Shown here piece by piece: positions 46,727-60,200 of a DNA stretch of 64,000 nt (its first letter is position 1; each line of letters starts with the position of its first letter). The DNA comes from the human T2T-CHM13v2.0 reference genome, Homo sapiens: the NCBI RefSeq assembly GCF_009914755.1, contig NC_060931.1, one strand, 5' to 3'. Below the pieces are notes generated by a model, which searched no databases, was not told where the DNA came from, and saw nothing but the letters and a program-made list of their open reading frames with translations. The translations under genes were made by a program, and so were the position numbers.

Positions 46727-46826
46727 GGCCGGGTGCGGTGTCTCACGCCTGTAATCCCAGCACTTTGGGAGGCTGAGGTGGGCGGATCACGAGACTCCGT
46801 CTCAAAACAAAAACAACAGCAACAAC
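46727..46826 (+). mobile_element. Internally deleted mini-Alu (AluY/Sc/Sg type)
   Basis: First 67 nt of Alu fused at CGAG to the last 10 nt (ACTCCGTCTC) + A-rich tail; TSD AAAAAA(T/A)GTAAATTTCT at 46710-46726 and 46827-46843. Confidence 0.9.
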
Positions 46827-47324
46827 AAAAAAAGTAAATTTCTTAATCTTAAAATGCAGAAGGTCAGGATCTCCCCTTCCTCATTCATGGTGGAAGGTAT
46901 AATTAGGGTAAAATGTGTTTGTTATGAGGAGGACGATACTGCAAACTCTATTGAGATGTTGTGATGTTCCAACTGGAAAAATATTTAAAATTTCTTCCAG
47001 CAATGAAAACTAGGGCAGGCCTACCTGTCTGCAAGGAACATTGCCTAGAGTTTTCATTACTGCATGACAAGCTCCCCTAAGGACCAAGCCACAAACTAGG
47101 AGACTTGGCAGATAATTGGAAAAGTTAAGAACATCATGAGAAGAAGAAAGAAGACAATAAGAGACCAAGGTCAGAAGACTTCAGAACACTGGAAAGGGAT
47201 TCTAATCGAGCCAAACATTAACAATTATTAACATTAACAATTCACATTGAGCCAAACATCAGTAGGAAAAGGAAATAAATGTTTGGTATCATTCAACAAT
47301 ATCTAGATTTCACTAGTATCCTTT

Positions 47325-47519
47325 TTTTTAACTTTTAAGTTCAGGGGTACGTGTGCAGGTTTGTTATACAGGTAAACTTGGGTCGTGGGAGTTTGTTACA
47401 CAGATGATTTCGCCACCCAGGTGTTCATTCTCTTTATCTAGTCTGTCACTGATGGACATTTAGGTTGATTCCATGTCTTTGCTATTGTGACTAGTACTGC
47501 AACGAACATATGCGTGCAT
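47325..47519 (-). mobile_element. Short L1 3' end (L1PA13-like) with internal deletion
   Basis: Two non-adjacent L1 3' segments joined near 47423; TSD GTATCCTTT (47316-47324, 47520-47528). Confidence 0.8.
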
Positions 47520-48024
47520 GTATCCTTTGTCATCTAAAATGATTGTCTTCTTTCAAGTAGAAAACTATACCTAAATATCCTGCCAAATATTAAAGATAAA
47601 GCTAAGAGTTTAGCTTACATTGTCTACATTTTTTTCTAATAACTAGTCCAGTAATGAAAGTAGTATCATAAACTTCAAATTCTGTCCAATCCTCACCTTA
47701 ATTTTGCAAAAAGCATCAGTGGTACCTGTTAAATCCCCAAAGGGGGGGGAAATGTTTATTCTATCTCCTCCCTAATTTCACACTTGATTTTTCTTCCCAA
47801 TTTGATTTGTAAATTGCTCCACTTTTATTCACGCAACAAACTTTTATTGAATAACTACCATAATTCAGACACAGTTAGGTAATGGTTTATCTGCCTGTTA
47901 ATTAAAGCTTTGCCACTTGATGAGTTCATAAAAAATTTTACCTCCCAGGCTGTTTGATGTCTCTATAATTTTACTAAAGGTCTCTTTACTTGCTCTCATG
48001 TCTTACTTCTTTGGTCCAAAAATC

Positions 48025-48356
48025 AGCTGGGTGCAGTGTCTCACAGGTGTAATCCCAGCACTTTGGGAGGCCAAGGCAGGCGGATTACCTGAGATCAGGA
48101 ATTTGAGACCAGTTGACCAACATGGTGAAACCCCTGTCTCTACTGAAAATACAAAAATTAGCCGGGCATGGTGGTGTGCGCCTGTAGTCCTAGCTACTCG
48201 GGAGGCTGAGGCAGGAGAATTGCTAGAACCCAGGAGGTGGAAGTTTCACTGAGCCAAGATCATGCCACTGCACTCCAGCCTGGGCGACAAGAACTGCACT
48301 CCAGCCTGGGCAACAAGAGCAAAACTCCGTCTCAAGGAAAACAAACAAACAAAAAA
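48025..48356 (+). mobile_element. AluSq-like with internal 26-bp tandem duplication
   Basis: ACTGCACTCCAGCCTGGGC(G/A)ACAAGA twice (48267-48292, 48293-48318). Confidence 0.9.
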
Positions 48357-48569
48357 TTAAACATCTACTTTATATTTTAAAATGTAGGCCAGGATTTACT
48401 TACTGTCTTAAGCCTTCTTTCCCTTCCCACCCCTTTAGAATATTGGACACCACTTCCTTTGTGCTCTGAATAAGCTCATCTATATTTCTATAATACCTAT
48501 GTTATATAAATATACCTTTAAATATCCATAACAGACATTATATTTTATTTTCCTAGCTACTTTTTGGAA

Positions 48570-49035
48570 AATTACTTCTTCCCATTTTCATCTCTGTAGT
48601 TCAGGTAGAACTGACTTCACCTCGCTGTTTGCAGGATAGACACATGACCCAGACCTAAGCCAATCATAAAACTCACATAAAAATGATCTAAGTGATAAAA
48701 ACCAGATTTCATTTTGAAATTGATATGAATGCTTGAAAATAAAAGGTCTCTTTTCTGAAATCTTAATTGCTAAGCATCGTGTAAAATCGAGGGTCGTATA
48801 TGCCACCATTTGTTGGTGGCAAGCCTGAGAGTGAAATCATTACAGTAAAAAGCAACCAAGAAGTAAAGAGGTAGAGAATGTGTCCTAAAACTATTTGAGT
48901 TCCTGAATCTGGCTGTGGCTGAAGCCATTTGTACCCCCAGATATTTAGATGTTCTTGCTAATGAACATTATTCTGATTAAACTAGTTTAGACTGAATTTT
49001 CATCATTTGCAAGCAGAAAAGCCTGCAGTAATACA
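48570..49035 (+). mobile_element. Old MaLR LTR (MLT1J/K/L-like)
   Basis: CACATGACCCAGACCTAAGCCAATCA and 3' TTTGAGTTCCTGAATCTGGCTGTGGCTGAAGCC...TTTGCAAGCAGAAAAG...TAATACA patterns. Confidence 0.6.
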
Positions 49036-52000
49036 TCATGTCTGTTGCTGTAACTATACTATTTGGTCTAAATTGCCTCTTCTAGTCTATGACAGAACTT
49101 GGAACAAATTGGGTACTCTTTTGGTTTACCGATTAAAGAATGAATATGAATGAATAAAATAAATACATGGAGGAATATAGAAAAAAGGTAAATTTCTTGT
49201 TGTGGTCCCAGTATACCAAAAATTTGGTGCCCTTGTTCCAAAACAAACAAACAAACAAACAAACAGAAATGCCCAATGAGAAAACTGATTAATTATTTCC
49301 AAGTTATTGTACTGCACTGTGCTGGTCACAGTGGATCACGATCCCTTGAGACATCCTTTAGATGGCTTACTCAGGTTGAATGGATTTAGGAAATATCTCA
49401 GGATAACCAAGCCCTTTATTTACTTCTTAACACCAAATGATATCCTCCAAGTCCTAAAGTTATTTTAAATGGCACATGAGATGGCGTCTCTGTCTGTTCT
49501 CTTGAGATCAGATTTCATGGTCTAATCAGACTCACCATTAACAATCTTCCCCTGGACAGGAACAGAGTTAATATAGTGTGATGAGAGAGTGTTGGCCGGT
49601 GGCTCAAGCAGCTCTGCAAGTCTGCACATGTGGATTTTATTTTCAAACCTATGATTGATTTACTTTCAGACTGTGGCAAACCCTCCGCTCTCCCACATGA
49701 TGCTTATCAACAAATGGTGTCTGCTTAACTCATTTATTGAGAAAATGTAACTGCATTTCAGAAATTTTAAATTATTTCCCATGGACAATTTTTGTTTCTC
49801 CTACCACAGTGTAGTTCTGCATGTGTAATACACCACCTGATCAAATAGTTACATTAGGACATGTTTTTTAAAATTTTGAAAGTTCAACATTTCCTCTTAA
49901 CGAAGATATTGACCTGTGTTTACAATTTGATATTCTTATCTCAATTTATGTTACTTATAGCTGTAAAAATAATCGCTCTGAAAATCCATTGTTTTTGAAC
50001 ATTCTCTAAGTAGTTTCTTATGGATTGTAAACTACTCAGATAGGGATGAATGAATATTGAACATACATTTGTTGATTTGACTTAATGACACTTGAATTTG
50101 ATACAATAATCATCAGTTCACATATTCATATAAGATGATACATATGTGTGTATCATTTCCAAATGCAAACTGCTGGAAGAAGGGAGTATATATACATTTG
50201 GAACTCATTTTTCTTTTGATGGTATACAAATTCAAGTTAGCTTGTGTTGGAAAGAAATGGCAGGGGTCGCGAAAAACAGAGTTTCTGAATTATTGCTGTA
50301 CCTTAAAGTCAAGAGCTAGGATAGATGACTTTGAGGGATACTTTAGAAGTCATTTTATTATTTGAAAACCAATATTAGATAACATAAGAAATCATATAAG
50401 ACATTATCATCCATAAATTTTCTTTAAATTATTTTTAAATGTACTTGGTGTATGGATTTGTGGTTAGAGTTATGCTGACCTACTTAGTTCCATGTTATAG
50501 AACACATGAAATAATATCAGCACTCTCTGTTTCTTCAAAGACTGAAAAAGAAAAGTTACTGGGAAATCATCTCAGCCTGGCACTTTGAGAAGGATATTAA
50601 ATCAATGTTTTGTTCCATGTTAGTCTCTCTTGTTGAGTCAAATTTTTTGTTATTTGAGTTTGTTGGTTATTTAGTTATTTTGGTTTTCATTGTTAACTTC
50701 CATTTCTTCTAGGGCTTTGTAATTATTTTCCTGTACTTCTGCAAAAACACACTAAAAATTATTTGATTACTTTTGTGTCTGTACCCTTTAGCTTTTTGTC
50801 TTTATAATTGTGTAATTCTGTTTTCGCATGTAATTTATGTGTTGTAAAATATTTTATCTAAAATTTGGCTCTGCATTATTTATCAATGTTATGTTTTTAT
50901 ATTTGGTTCACCTATTTATGCCTTTAACTCTATTTGTACCTATCAATCTTCTTTCTTTAGATTTTTTCTTGGTCTATTTCTATCTTCTTTTATTAGATGT
51001 TTAATTTTTCACATTTATTCTGTATCAGTTTAAGTTGCATGAAAGTATAATGCTATGAAGTTGTATGTAAGCTCAAGTTTGGTTCTATCCCATGTATTGT
51101 ATATATCATATATATATATGAGATACGTAGGGGCTTCATCTAAAATATTTTTCATTTTGAGTATTAAATATATTTGCATACATAAGCATATACAAGCATA
51201 TATATGTGCATTGTGCATGTGTATGTGTATATACGTATATATAGTAACTGGATAATTTTTTTATTTCATTGGTGTTATTTGTTCTATACTACATTTTGGA
51301 CTATGTTATCTAAAAATACTATTTTTAAAACATGTTCAAAATACCTTGAGAGGAAGTGTTACTATAGTGATGTATTTATTCATTTTATATATTTGGATTA
51401 GCCTTACTAATAACTATGTACATCTACATCCTTTTATCTACTTGCTTTTTCTCGAGATATAAGTTTCTTAAGTTAGCCTCCTGCTTCTACAGATTTTTTC
51501 ATAGTTACACTCATGAGAATCTGCAATTCTTGTTTAATATACTTTATTATTTGCTGCATAATAATTAATTCATTTCTCTAATTCAAGAACACTAGTTTTC
51601 CATGAGTTGAGTGTTTCCATGTTGAGTTCTATACCTAATATATAGCATTTTTTCCATGACTACTTTAAAGAAATTGTCTTTTCTGTAGTTTTTAGTTTTT
51701 AAGATATTTTATTTTTTTCCTAATAGCCAGCCACTTATTTGTTTATTCTCTAATGATATAGTTTTGGTGCTCATTTGTTTATTTTTTTCCACAGTCTCTA
51801 ATTTATATCACTCTTTTGTTTCATGAGATAATGAAACAAAAAAAAGTATAAATTAGACTTACTTTTTGTTTGTTTACCTGTCTTACTTTTTGTTTGTTTC
51901 ATTGACTTCTTGTTTTCATGTTTTTTGTACTTCTTCGAGATGTGCAAGTATTTTTCATATAATTTTTAAAAATATTTTGCATAAATCCTATAAGACATTT

Positions 52001-54370
52001 TTTCCAATACTATATTATATGTTCTTAAAATTGGAGTAGCATTTTTTATGGGGCTCAGGGGGTTATTATTTTCATCTTTCTGATAATTAATGTGGGCAGT
52101 TATATCTGGATATTATCCCCTGGATATAGTTTATATAAATTTCCTATAATTATCTTACTTCCTTATCTGAGACCTGCTTGTGTTCACATCAGAACATTAT
52201 GAAGTTTAAGGGTGATTATTGCTGGCTTGTGTTCTATGTGTAACTTTGTAATTTCATGTTAGATCAGAGCCATGGGTTCATCAGTAGATGCTGCATATTA
52301 ACATGATTGGCGGATTGGTCTCTGATCTTTTAAAATTAAAGGCTTTATTCCATCAAATTAGAAGTTTTTCATAATGCAATAGGAGATAACATTTGAATTC
52401 AATATCAAAGTTAAATCATTAAGGTTTCATTTCCCATGGATTCATTCAGAGAAGCTGAGTTCCACACCATTGCCAATCTTTCCAGCATCATTCCACATGC
52501 TCTCTTAGCCAAAGGAGAGAAAGATAGACAAATTATGTAGAGCTCAAACATAGCTTTCTTTGCGGGCTTTCCCTTAGGTACTTGTACAGCTGCAGAGATT
52601 CTTGTGTAATTTATTTTCTCTTTTGTGATTCTGATGGAAAATTCTATATTTATTTTTGTTGACCATTATTATTATTTTATGTTGCCTCTGCTGCCTTTCT
52701 ACCTTCAAGAAGACAAACTCATTCATCTTTAACAAATAATTCTCATGGTGATGATGACATTTGCCTTCTCTTTCCTTTAGTTATCTGTCTGCAGATAGAA
52801 TTAATTACTCTGGAAATGAGGTTTGCCAATTATTTAACCTGAAATAATCTCATTTTCCACAGCTCAATCAAAATTCTGGGAGGTAAAACTTCTGTAACAA
52901 ATGTTCTCAGTATCCTCAATGATCAATCCACCAGAATATTCATTTTCTTCTGAAAATATTCATTTTACTTTTCTTAGCTCCATGATGACAATGATACCTT
53001 CCAGTCATAAAAAGAAATAGCTTTTTATTTTAAAATGTTTAGAGGCTATGATTTCTGTAAAACTAAAGACAAGGCTCTTTCTTTAGCTTTTGCCACACTA
53101 ATTTGTCCTGGTCAAGCCAAAATATCATTTTAGTTCATGTGGTACTTAATTGTGAACAGCAATGGCTGGAGGATTTTAAGGGTCACTAGGTCCAGATGTT
53201 TGGTCATTAGTCACCACCATATAATCCACCTTCAATATAATAAATATGGATAAAATAAGGAAACACTTCAGCCGTCAACAAGATTAGTGTTCAAGACTAA
53301 TAGGAGCCTGATTTCTGCTTTTTAACTTTGTTAACATTTAACCCTTTGAGGGCAGAGAATTTCACTTGAAGTAAATCTCTCTCCTCACACACTCTGCTCT
53401 TATTTTCTGAAGTTTATATACCTTCATTAATGGCACATCCATTCACCAAAGAAGTGCAGGCATGCTTTTAAGTGTTTTAATACTTTACATCACACTTCAT
53501 ATCTTTTTCTTAACAACATATTGGAATGTTTAAGAAGGTGGTTTTGTTGGACAGTCAGGTAATTGTCTGATAAAGTGACCTATGTCTGTGACTATAGAAC
53601 AGCCTATTTAAAAGAATTTATTGGACATATTGGGTTGATCTGTACTCCCTAAAACAATAAAAAGATTATTTTAAAAACTTCTTTGTGTGTTTCCTCTTCT
53701 TTTTATTTTTATTTTTTGGTATTTGTATAGAAAAAAAAAGTACATGTCCTAAAATCTTCTATCTCTTGTGTAGTATTTCTCAACTGCGGCAATGAAAATA
53801 AAACTTGCAACCGTGTGGCGCAGGCTTTAGAATCTGCTACAATAGATGCCATTTCTGTCACTTCTGTAGGTACCACTGCAGTAAATGAAATAGTAATAAT
53901 ACTAACCACGTAGAGTTGTTATTTGGATTAACGAGATAATTTAGGCATTCAATTAATACTAATTTTATTTTTCTTATTTGCATTGATGTTTGACAATATT
54001 CTGAGAGATATGTTTGCAAATAAAATATCTACTTCAAAAAGTGGATAAGATTGTTGGCTACAAGCTGCAAAGGATCCTTTTGCTGGTATTTTGGCATTAT
54101 GGAATGCCTATAATATCTGCTATTTTAAATGTAACTCTTTTGTGGAAACTCGTTTTTGTTATTAAATTAAATATCATCTTGATTCTGGTACTTGGAGAAC
54201 TTTTTTTCTGTTAAAACAGGCCTCATCCTGAATTATTAATAACTCACTGGAATTATAGCTTTATCTTAAAATAAGAATTCCAAATTGAAAAAAAGGAAAA
54301 TATATATCTTTGGCTAGTTGATGTTGTTCACAATGCTAATTGTTTATATATAAGCATTCTTAGAAACATC

Positions 54371-54710
54371 TTTTTTATTTTAGCTTTACTGATCTATAAT
54401 TTACAGACAAAAATGGTGTATATTCAAGGTGTTCAATATGATGATTTGATATTGTATAATGATCACCACAATCAAATTACTCGACATGTTTATCACCACA
54501 CAATTACTTTCTTTGTGTGTATGTGTGCATAGTAAGGACACTTAACATCTACTCTCAGCAAATTTCAAGTAAACAATACAGTCTTGTTAACTAGAGTCAC
54601 CATGCTGTACATTAGATGCCCATAAGTTATTCATCTCGTAATTAAAAGTTGTATACTCTTTAACCAACATCCACCACTTTCCCCATGCCTGAGCCCTGGA
54701 AACCACCATT
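54371..54710 (-). mobile_element. L1MA8-10-like 3' end
   Basis: ATCTACTCTCAGCAAATTTCAAGTAAACAATACAG...GTCACCATGCTGTACATTAGAT...CCCTGGAAACCACCATTC. Confidence 0.78.
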
Positions 54711-55330
54711 CAGGGTGTAATTTTGATAATAATACAATCGTGTCAGTTGTGGCCTCCTGAGTACCAATTCCTTCTGCTCTATGCAAATGCTCCAGAACCC
54801 TAAGCTTGGCCATGTGAAAATCACATATTGTCTCTTCCAGGTCTTTAAGTCCTTTCTTGACATGTCACGGGAGCTAACTGGCAATGATCGGGTGTAAATA
54901 ATTACTCAACTGAAAGAAACCAGTAGAAAAATAATGGATCATCCATTTCAACAAAAAGTGGAGAGGTCCATTGACTAAATTCCAAAGGAACCTCAGAATC
55001 CTTCCTCTTATCATGAATTGTATGGTTTTTTTGTTTGTTTTCTTCTCTATCTACTACTACTTCCTATATCCTTCCTGTAATTTATTATTTTCTTTGCTCC
55101 AAAAATAATAACTATCTCATTCCATATGGTCTATTGTGATGGCACAATGCATTTATATGGATAGATAAAAAAGAAGTAATTGATTGCTATATCAATTATA
55201 TGATCCTAAAAAGGCAAATTTGTATAGGCTGCTATATAATTAACTGCATTATTTATTTTCTATTAAGATGTTTTTATATTTTGCAAACTTAATCAGCTTT
55301 CAGTCTTATTTATGCACTGTACTGAATTAT

Positions 55331-55669
55331 TTGTTTTTTTGTTTGTTTGTTTGTTTGTTTGTTTTTATAGAAACAAGGTCTTGCTCTATTGCCCAGGCTG
55401 TAGTGCAATGGTGCAATCAGAGCTTACTGCAGCCTCAACTTCCTGGGATCATGCATCCTCCCATCTCAACCTCCCAAGTAGCTGAGACTACAGGCATATT
55501 CCACAATAACCGGCTATTTTTTTTTTTTTTTTTTTTTTTTTGTGCAGACGGGGTCTTGCTATGTTTCCCAGACTATTTTCCCAGGTCTTGAACTCCTGGC
55601 TTCAATTGATTCCCCCACCTTAACCTCCCAAAGTGGTGGGATTACAGGTGTGAGCCACCATACCTGGCC
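55331..55669 (-). mobile_element. AluJ-like with (TTTG)n tail and T25 linker
   Basis: Diverged full dimer. Confidence 0.87.
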
Positions 55670-57213
55670 TGTTTTTTTGTTTTGTTTTGTTTTGAATATA
55701 TAATATTTATTTTTCAAGGCCATTTATTAATCCAGATACATAAAATAGTTTACATTTAGTATGTGTGTATAACATACACATGGGTAATTACCTATTTTCC
55801 ACACCAGTATATACATACATGTACATCAATATACAAATTAATCTTCATTTATAATTTATGCTCCCTTATAAATTTGGAAATTAGCTTTCCAATGCTTATA
55901 TCTATTCCTGTTGAGTCTGGGAACCTTGTCACAATTTATGTATTATGCTGCTATGAGGCTATATATGGAATATATAAAATTTATTTTCAAATGTCAACTG
56001 AACACTTTATAGATTTTTATTTCCTCCATCTCTTTCTGTAACCCTGTTACTTAAGTTATTAGTACAGCTGTCTGAGGGATCAGATTTAAGGCCTTCAAAT
56101 GTTTCCTCGGTCTTAGAACAGATGCCTCAGGAGACTTTCCACCAGAAGGGTACATTGGATTAGCACAGCCTGTTTCTCTACCATATTCTTTAAGCAGAAC
56201 TGACAGCCTCAAAATAAGAACAATTTTTCTTAGGATGTGTGTGGAATTTAAAGAGAGGACATACTTTCTCCTTACCAGTATGAAGGATACCAAAATAGTT
56301 TATCTAGAAAACAATTTCATACCATTCCAATGAATGAAAGGAGGTCAAATGAAATGCATAAATGTGTCAGGCTTCTATCAAATGTAATAGATGCTTACGA
56401 AATCAGAAGAGTGTTTTAATGGAGAAGGAAATTAGTGTATCATCTTAGTAGAGCTATCAATCCAGGCATAATTCTTTGGCATATGATAGCAATATTGAAT
56501 GAACACACTGTGATCTGGTTTTGCCAGAACACATATGTCAATGTTTATTGATTAAGCGGCAGTGAAGTATCATAAGATCTGAGACAGAATCTTCAATTCC
56601 TTAGCAGAAGAATGGATTTAGTGAGGAATGCTGCACCTGCTACTTTTCACCAAGTGAGATTTAAGGATTTATTTTTTCTTTTACTCTGAACTGAGTATGT
56701 AGACTGGATTATGCCTAAGAATTGGAAGACACAATTCTAAGATGACAGGTAGAAATATGTCACAAGTTATAGAGAGTTAAGATTAACTCATGAAAAATAA
56801 ATGGAAAAGGTAAGCAAAGTATAAATTATTTTATTGTACTTCTCTAATTGTATGAGAGGGGACATGTGTCTGAATATAAACTTGTGTTTGGACTACAAAA
56901 ATCTTCATATTTGGCAAAGGAGTTTTTCATCATAGGACTGTAGCTTTTTTAGTCTGTGTTTCTGCCTCTGACTATACATTGTTTATGCACGCACTAGTTG
57001 AGCTAATGATATTGTTCAAACAATGAGATATTTTCCTACAGAGTGAAAATCAAGAAATCCCATGCAACCTGCACAGGCATTTTCATTTCATTATTTCAAT
57101 AGCAACATGTACACTTTGATATCTGGACGGCAAAAAAATGTATCTAATTTTGACTTGTAAAGCATATCTAAAATTTCTGTTTACAAAGCTAAACCAAAGT
57201 CAATAATTTTTTT

Positions 57214-60200
57214 ATTATTATTATACTTTAAGTTCTACGGTACATATGCACAACATGCAGATTTGTTACATATGCATACATGTGCCATGTTGGTTTGCTG
57301 CACCCATTAACTTTTCATTTACATTAGGTATATCTCCTAATGCTATCCCTCCCCCAGCCCCCCACCCCATGACAGGCCCAGTGTGTGATGTTCCCCTCCC
57401 TGTGTCCAAGTGTTCTCATCGTTCAATTCCCACCTATGAGTGAGAACATATGGTGTTTGGTTTTTTGTCCTTGTGATAGTTTTCTCAGAATGATGGTTTC
57501 CAGCTTCATCCATGTCCCTACAAAGGACATGAACTCATCCTTTTTTATGGGTGCATAGTGTTCCACGGTGTATAAGTGCCACATTTTCTTAATCCAGTCT
57601 ATCATTGATGGACATTTGGGTTGGTTCCAAGTCTTTGCTATTGTGAATAGTGCCGCAATAAACATATGTGTGCAGGTGTCTTTATATTAGCATGATTTAT
57701 AATCCTTTCGGTATATACCCAGTAATGGGATCGCTGGGTCAAATGGTATTTCTTGTTCTAGATCCTTGAGGAATCGCCACACTGTCTTCCACCATGGTTG
57801 AACTAATTTACACTCCCACCAACAGTGTAAAATTGTTCCTATTTCTCCACATCCTCTGCAGCATCTGTTGTTTCCCGACTTTTTAATGATCACCATTCTA
57901 ACTGGCATGAGGTGGTATCTCATTGTGGTTTTGATTTGCATTTCTCTAATGACCAGTGATAGTGAGCATTTTTTCATGTGTCTGTTGGCTGCATACATGT
58001 CTTCTTTTGAGAAGTATCTGTTCATATCCTTTGCCCACTTTTTGATGGTTTTTTTTTCTTGTAAATTTGTTTAAGTTATTTATAGATACTGGATATTAGC
58101 CCTTTGTCAGATGGGTAGATTGCAAAAATTTTCTCCCATTCTGTAGGTTGCCTGTTCACTCTTCACTCTGATGGTAGTTTCTTTTGCCATGCAGAAGCTC
58201 TTTAGTTTAATTAGATCCCATTTGTCTATTTTGGCTTTTGTTGCCATGGCTTTTGGTGTTTTAGTCATGATGTCCTTGCCCATGCCTATGTCCTGAATAG
58301 TATTGCCTAGGTTTTCTTCTAGGGTTTTTATGGTTTTAGGTCTAACATGTAAGTCTTTAATTTATCTTGAATTAATTTTTGTATAAGGTGTAAGGAAGGG
58401 ATCCAGATTCAGCTTTCTACTGATGGCTAGCCAGTTTTCTCAGCACCATTTATTAAATAGGGTATCCTTTCCCTATTTCTTGTTTTTGTCAGGTTTGTCA
58501 AAGATCAGATGGTTGTAGATGTGTGGTGTTATTTCTGAGGCCTCTGTTCTGTTCCATTGGTCTATATCTCTGTTTTGGTACCAGTACCATGCTGCTTTGG
58601 TTACTGTAGCCTTGTAGTACAGTTTGCAGTCAGGTAGCGTGATGCCTCCATCTTTCTTCTTTTTGCTTAGGATTGTCTTGACAGTGCAGGTTCTTTTTTG
58701 GTTCCATATGAACTTTAAAGTAGTTTTTCCCAGTTCTGTGAAGAAAGTCATTGGTAGCTTGATGGGGATGGCATTTTCACTATATTGATTCTTACTATCC
58801 ATGAGCATGGAATGTTCTTCCATTTGTTTGTGTCCTCTTTTGTTTCATTGAGCAGTGGTTTGCAGTTCTCCTTGAAGAGGTCCTCCACATCCCCTGTAAG
58901 TTGGATTCCTAGGTATTTTATTCTCTTTGGAGCAGTTGTGAATGGGAGTTCACTCGTGGTTTGGCTCTCTGTTTGTCTGTTATTAATATACAGGAATGCT
59001 TGTGACTTTTGCACATTGATTTTGTATCCTGAGACTTTGCTGAAGTTGCTTATCAGCTCAAGGAGATATTGATTGGGCTGAGATGACAGGGTTTTCTAAA
59101 TATACAATCATGTCATCTGCAAACAGGGGCAATTAGACTTCCTCTTTTCCTAATTGAATACCCTTTATTTCTTTCTCTTTCCTGATTGCCCTGGCCACAA
59201 TTTCCAACACTATGTTGAATAGAAGTGGTGAGAGAGGGCATCCTTGTCTTGTGCTGGTTTTCAAAGGGAATGCTTCCAGTTTTTGCCCATTCAGTATGAT
59301 ATAGGCTGTGGGTTTGTCATAAGTAGCTTTTATTATTTTGAGATATGTTCCATCAGTACCTAGTTTATTGAGAGTTTTTAGCATGAAGGCTGTTGAATTT
59401 TGTCGAAGGCCTTTTCTGCATCTATTGAGATAATCAGGTGATTTTTGTCATTGGTTCTGTATATGTGATGGATTACGTTTATTGATTTGCATATGTCGAA
59501 CCAGGCTTGCATCCCAGGGATGAAGCCAACTTGATCGTGGTGGATAAGCTTTTTGATGTGCTGCTGGATTCAGTTTGCCAGTATTTTATTGAGGATTTTC
59601 CCATCAGTGTTCATCAGGGATACTGGTCCAAAATTCTCTTTTTTTGTTGTGTCTCTGCCAGGCTCTGGTATCAGGATGATGCTGGCCTCATAAAATGAGT
59701 TACAGAGGATCCCCTCTTTTTCTATTGATTGGAATAGTTTCAGAAGGAATGGTACCAGCTCCTCTTTGTACCTATGGTGGAATTTGGCTGTGAATACATC
59801 TGGTCCTAGACTTTTTTTGGTTGGTAGGCTATTAATTATTGCCTCAATTTCAGGGCTTGTTATTGGTCTATTCACAGATTCAACTTCTTCCTGGTTTAGT
59901 CTTGGGAGGGTGTGTGTGTCCAGGAATTTATCCATTTCTTCTTTATTTTCTAGTTCATTTGCATAGAAATGTTTATAGTATTCTTTGATGGTAGTTTGTA
60001 TTTCTGTGGGATTGGTGGTGATATCCCTTTTATCATTTTTTATTGCATCTATTTGATTCTTCTCTCTTTTCTTCTTTATTAGTCTTGCTAGCGCTCTATC
60101 GATTTTGTTGATCAGCTCCTGGATTCATTGATTTTTTGAAGGGTTTTTTTGTGTCTCTATCTCCTTCACTTCTGCTCTGATCTTAGTTATTTCTTGCCTT

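Noticed and set aside
50650-52100. Long T-rich stretch as a novel element
   Set aside because: Most consistent with a highly decayed antisense L1M-type relic; could not be classified by eye.
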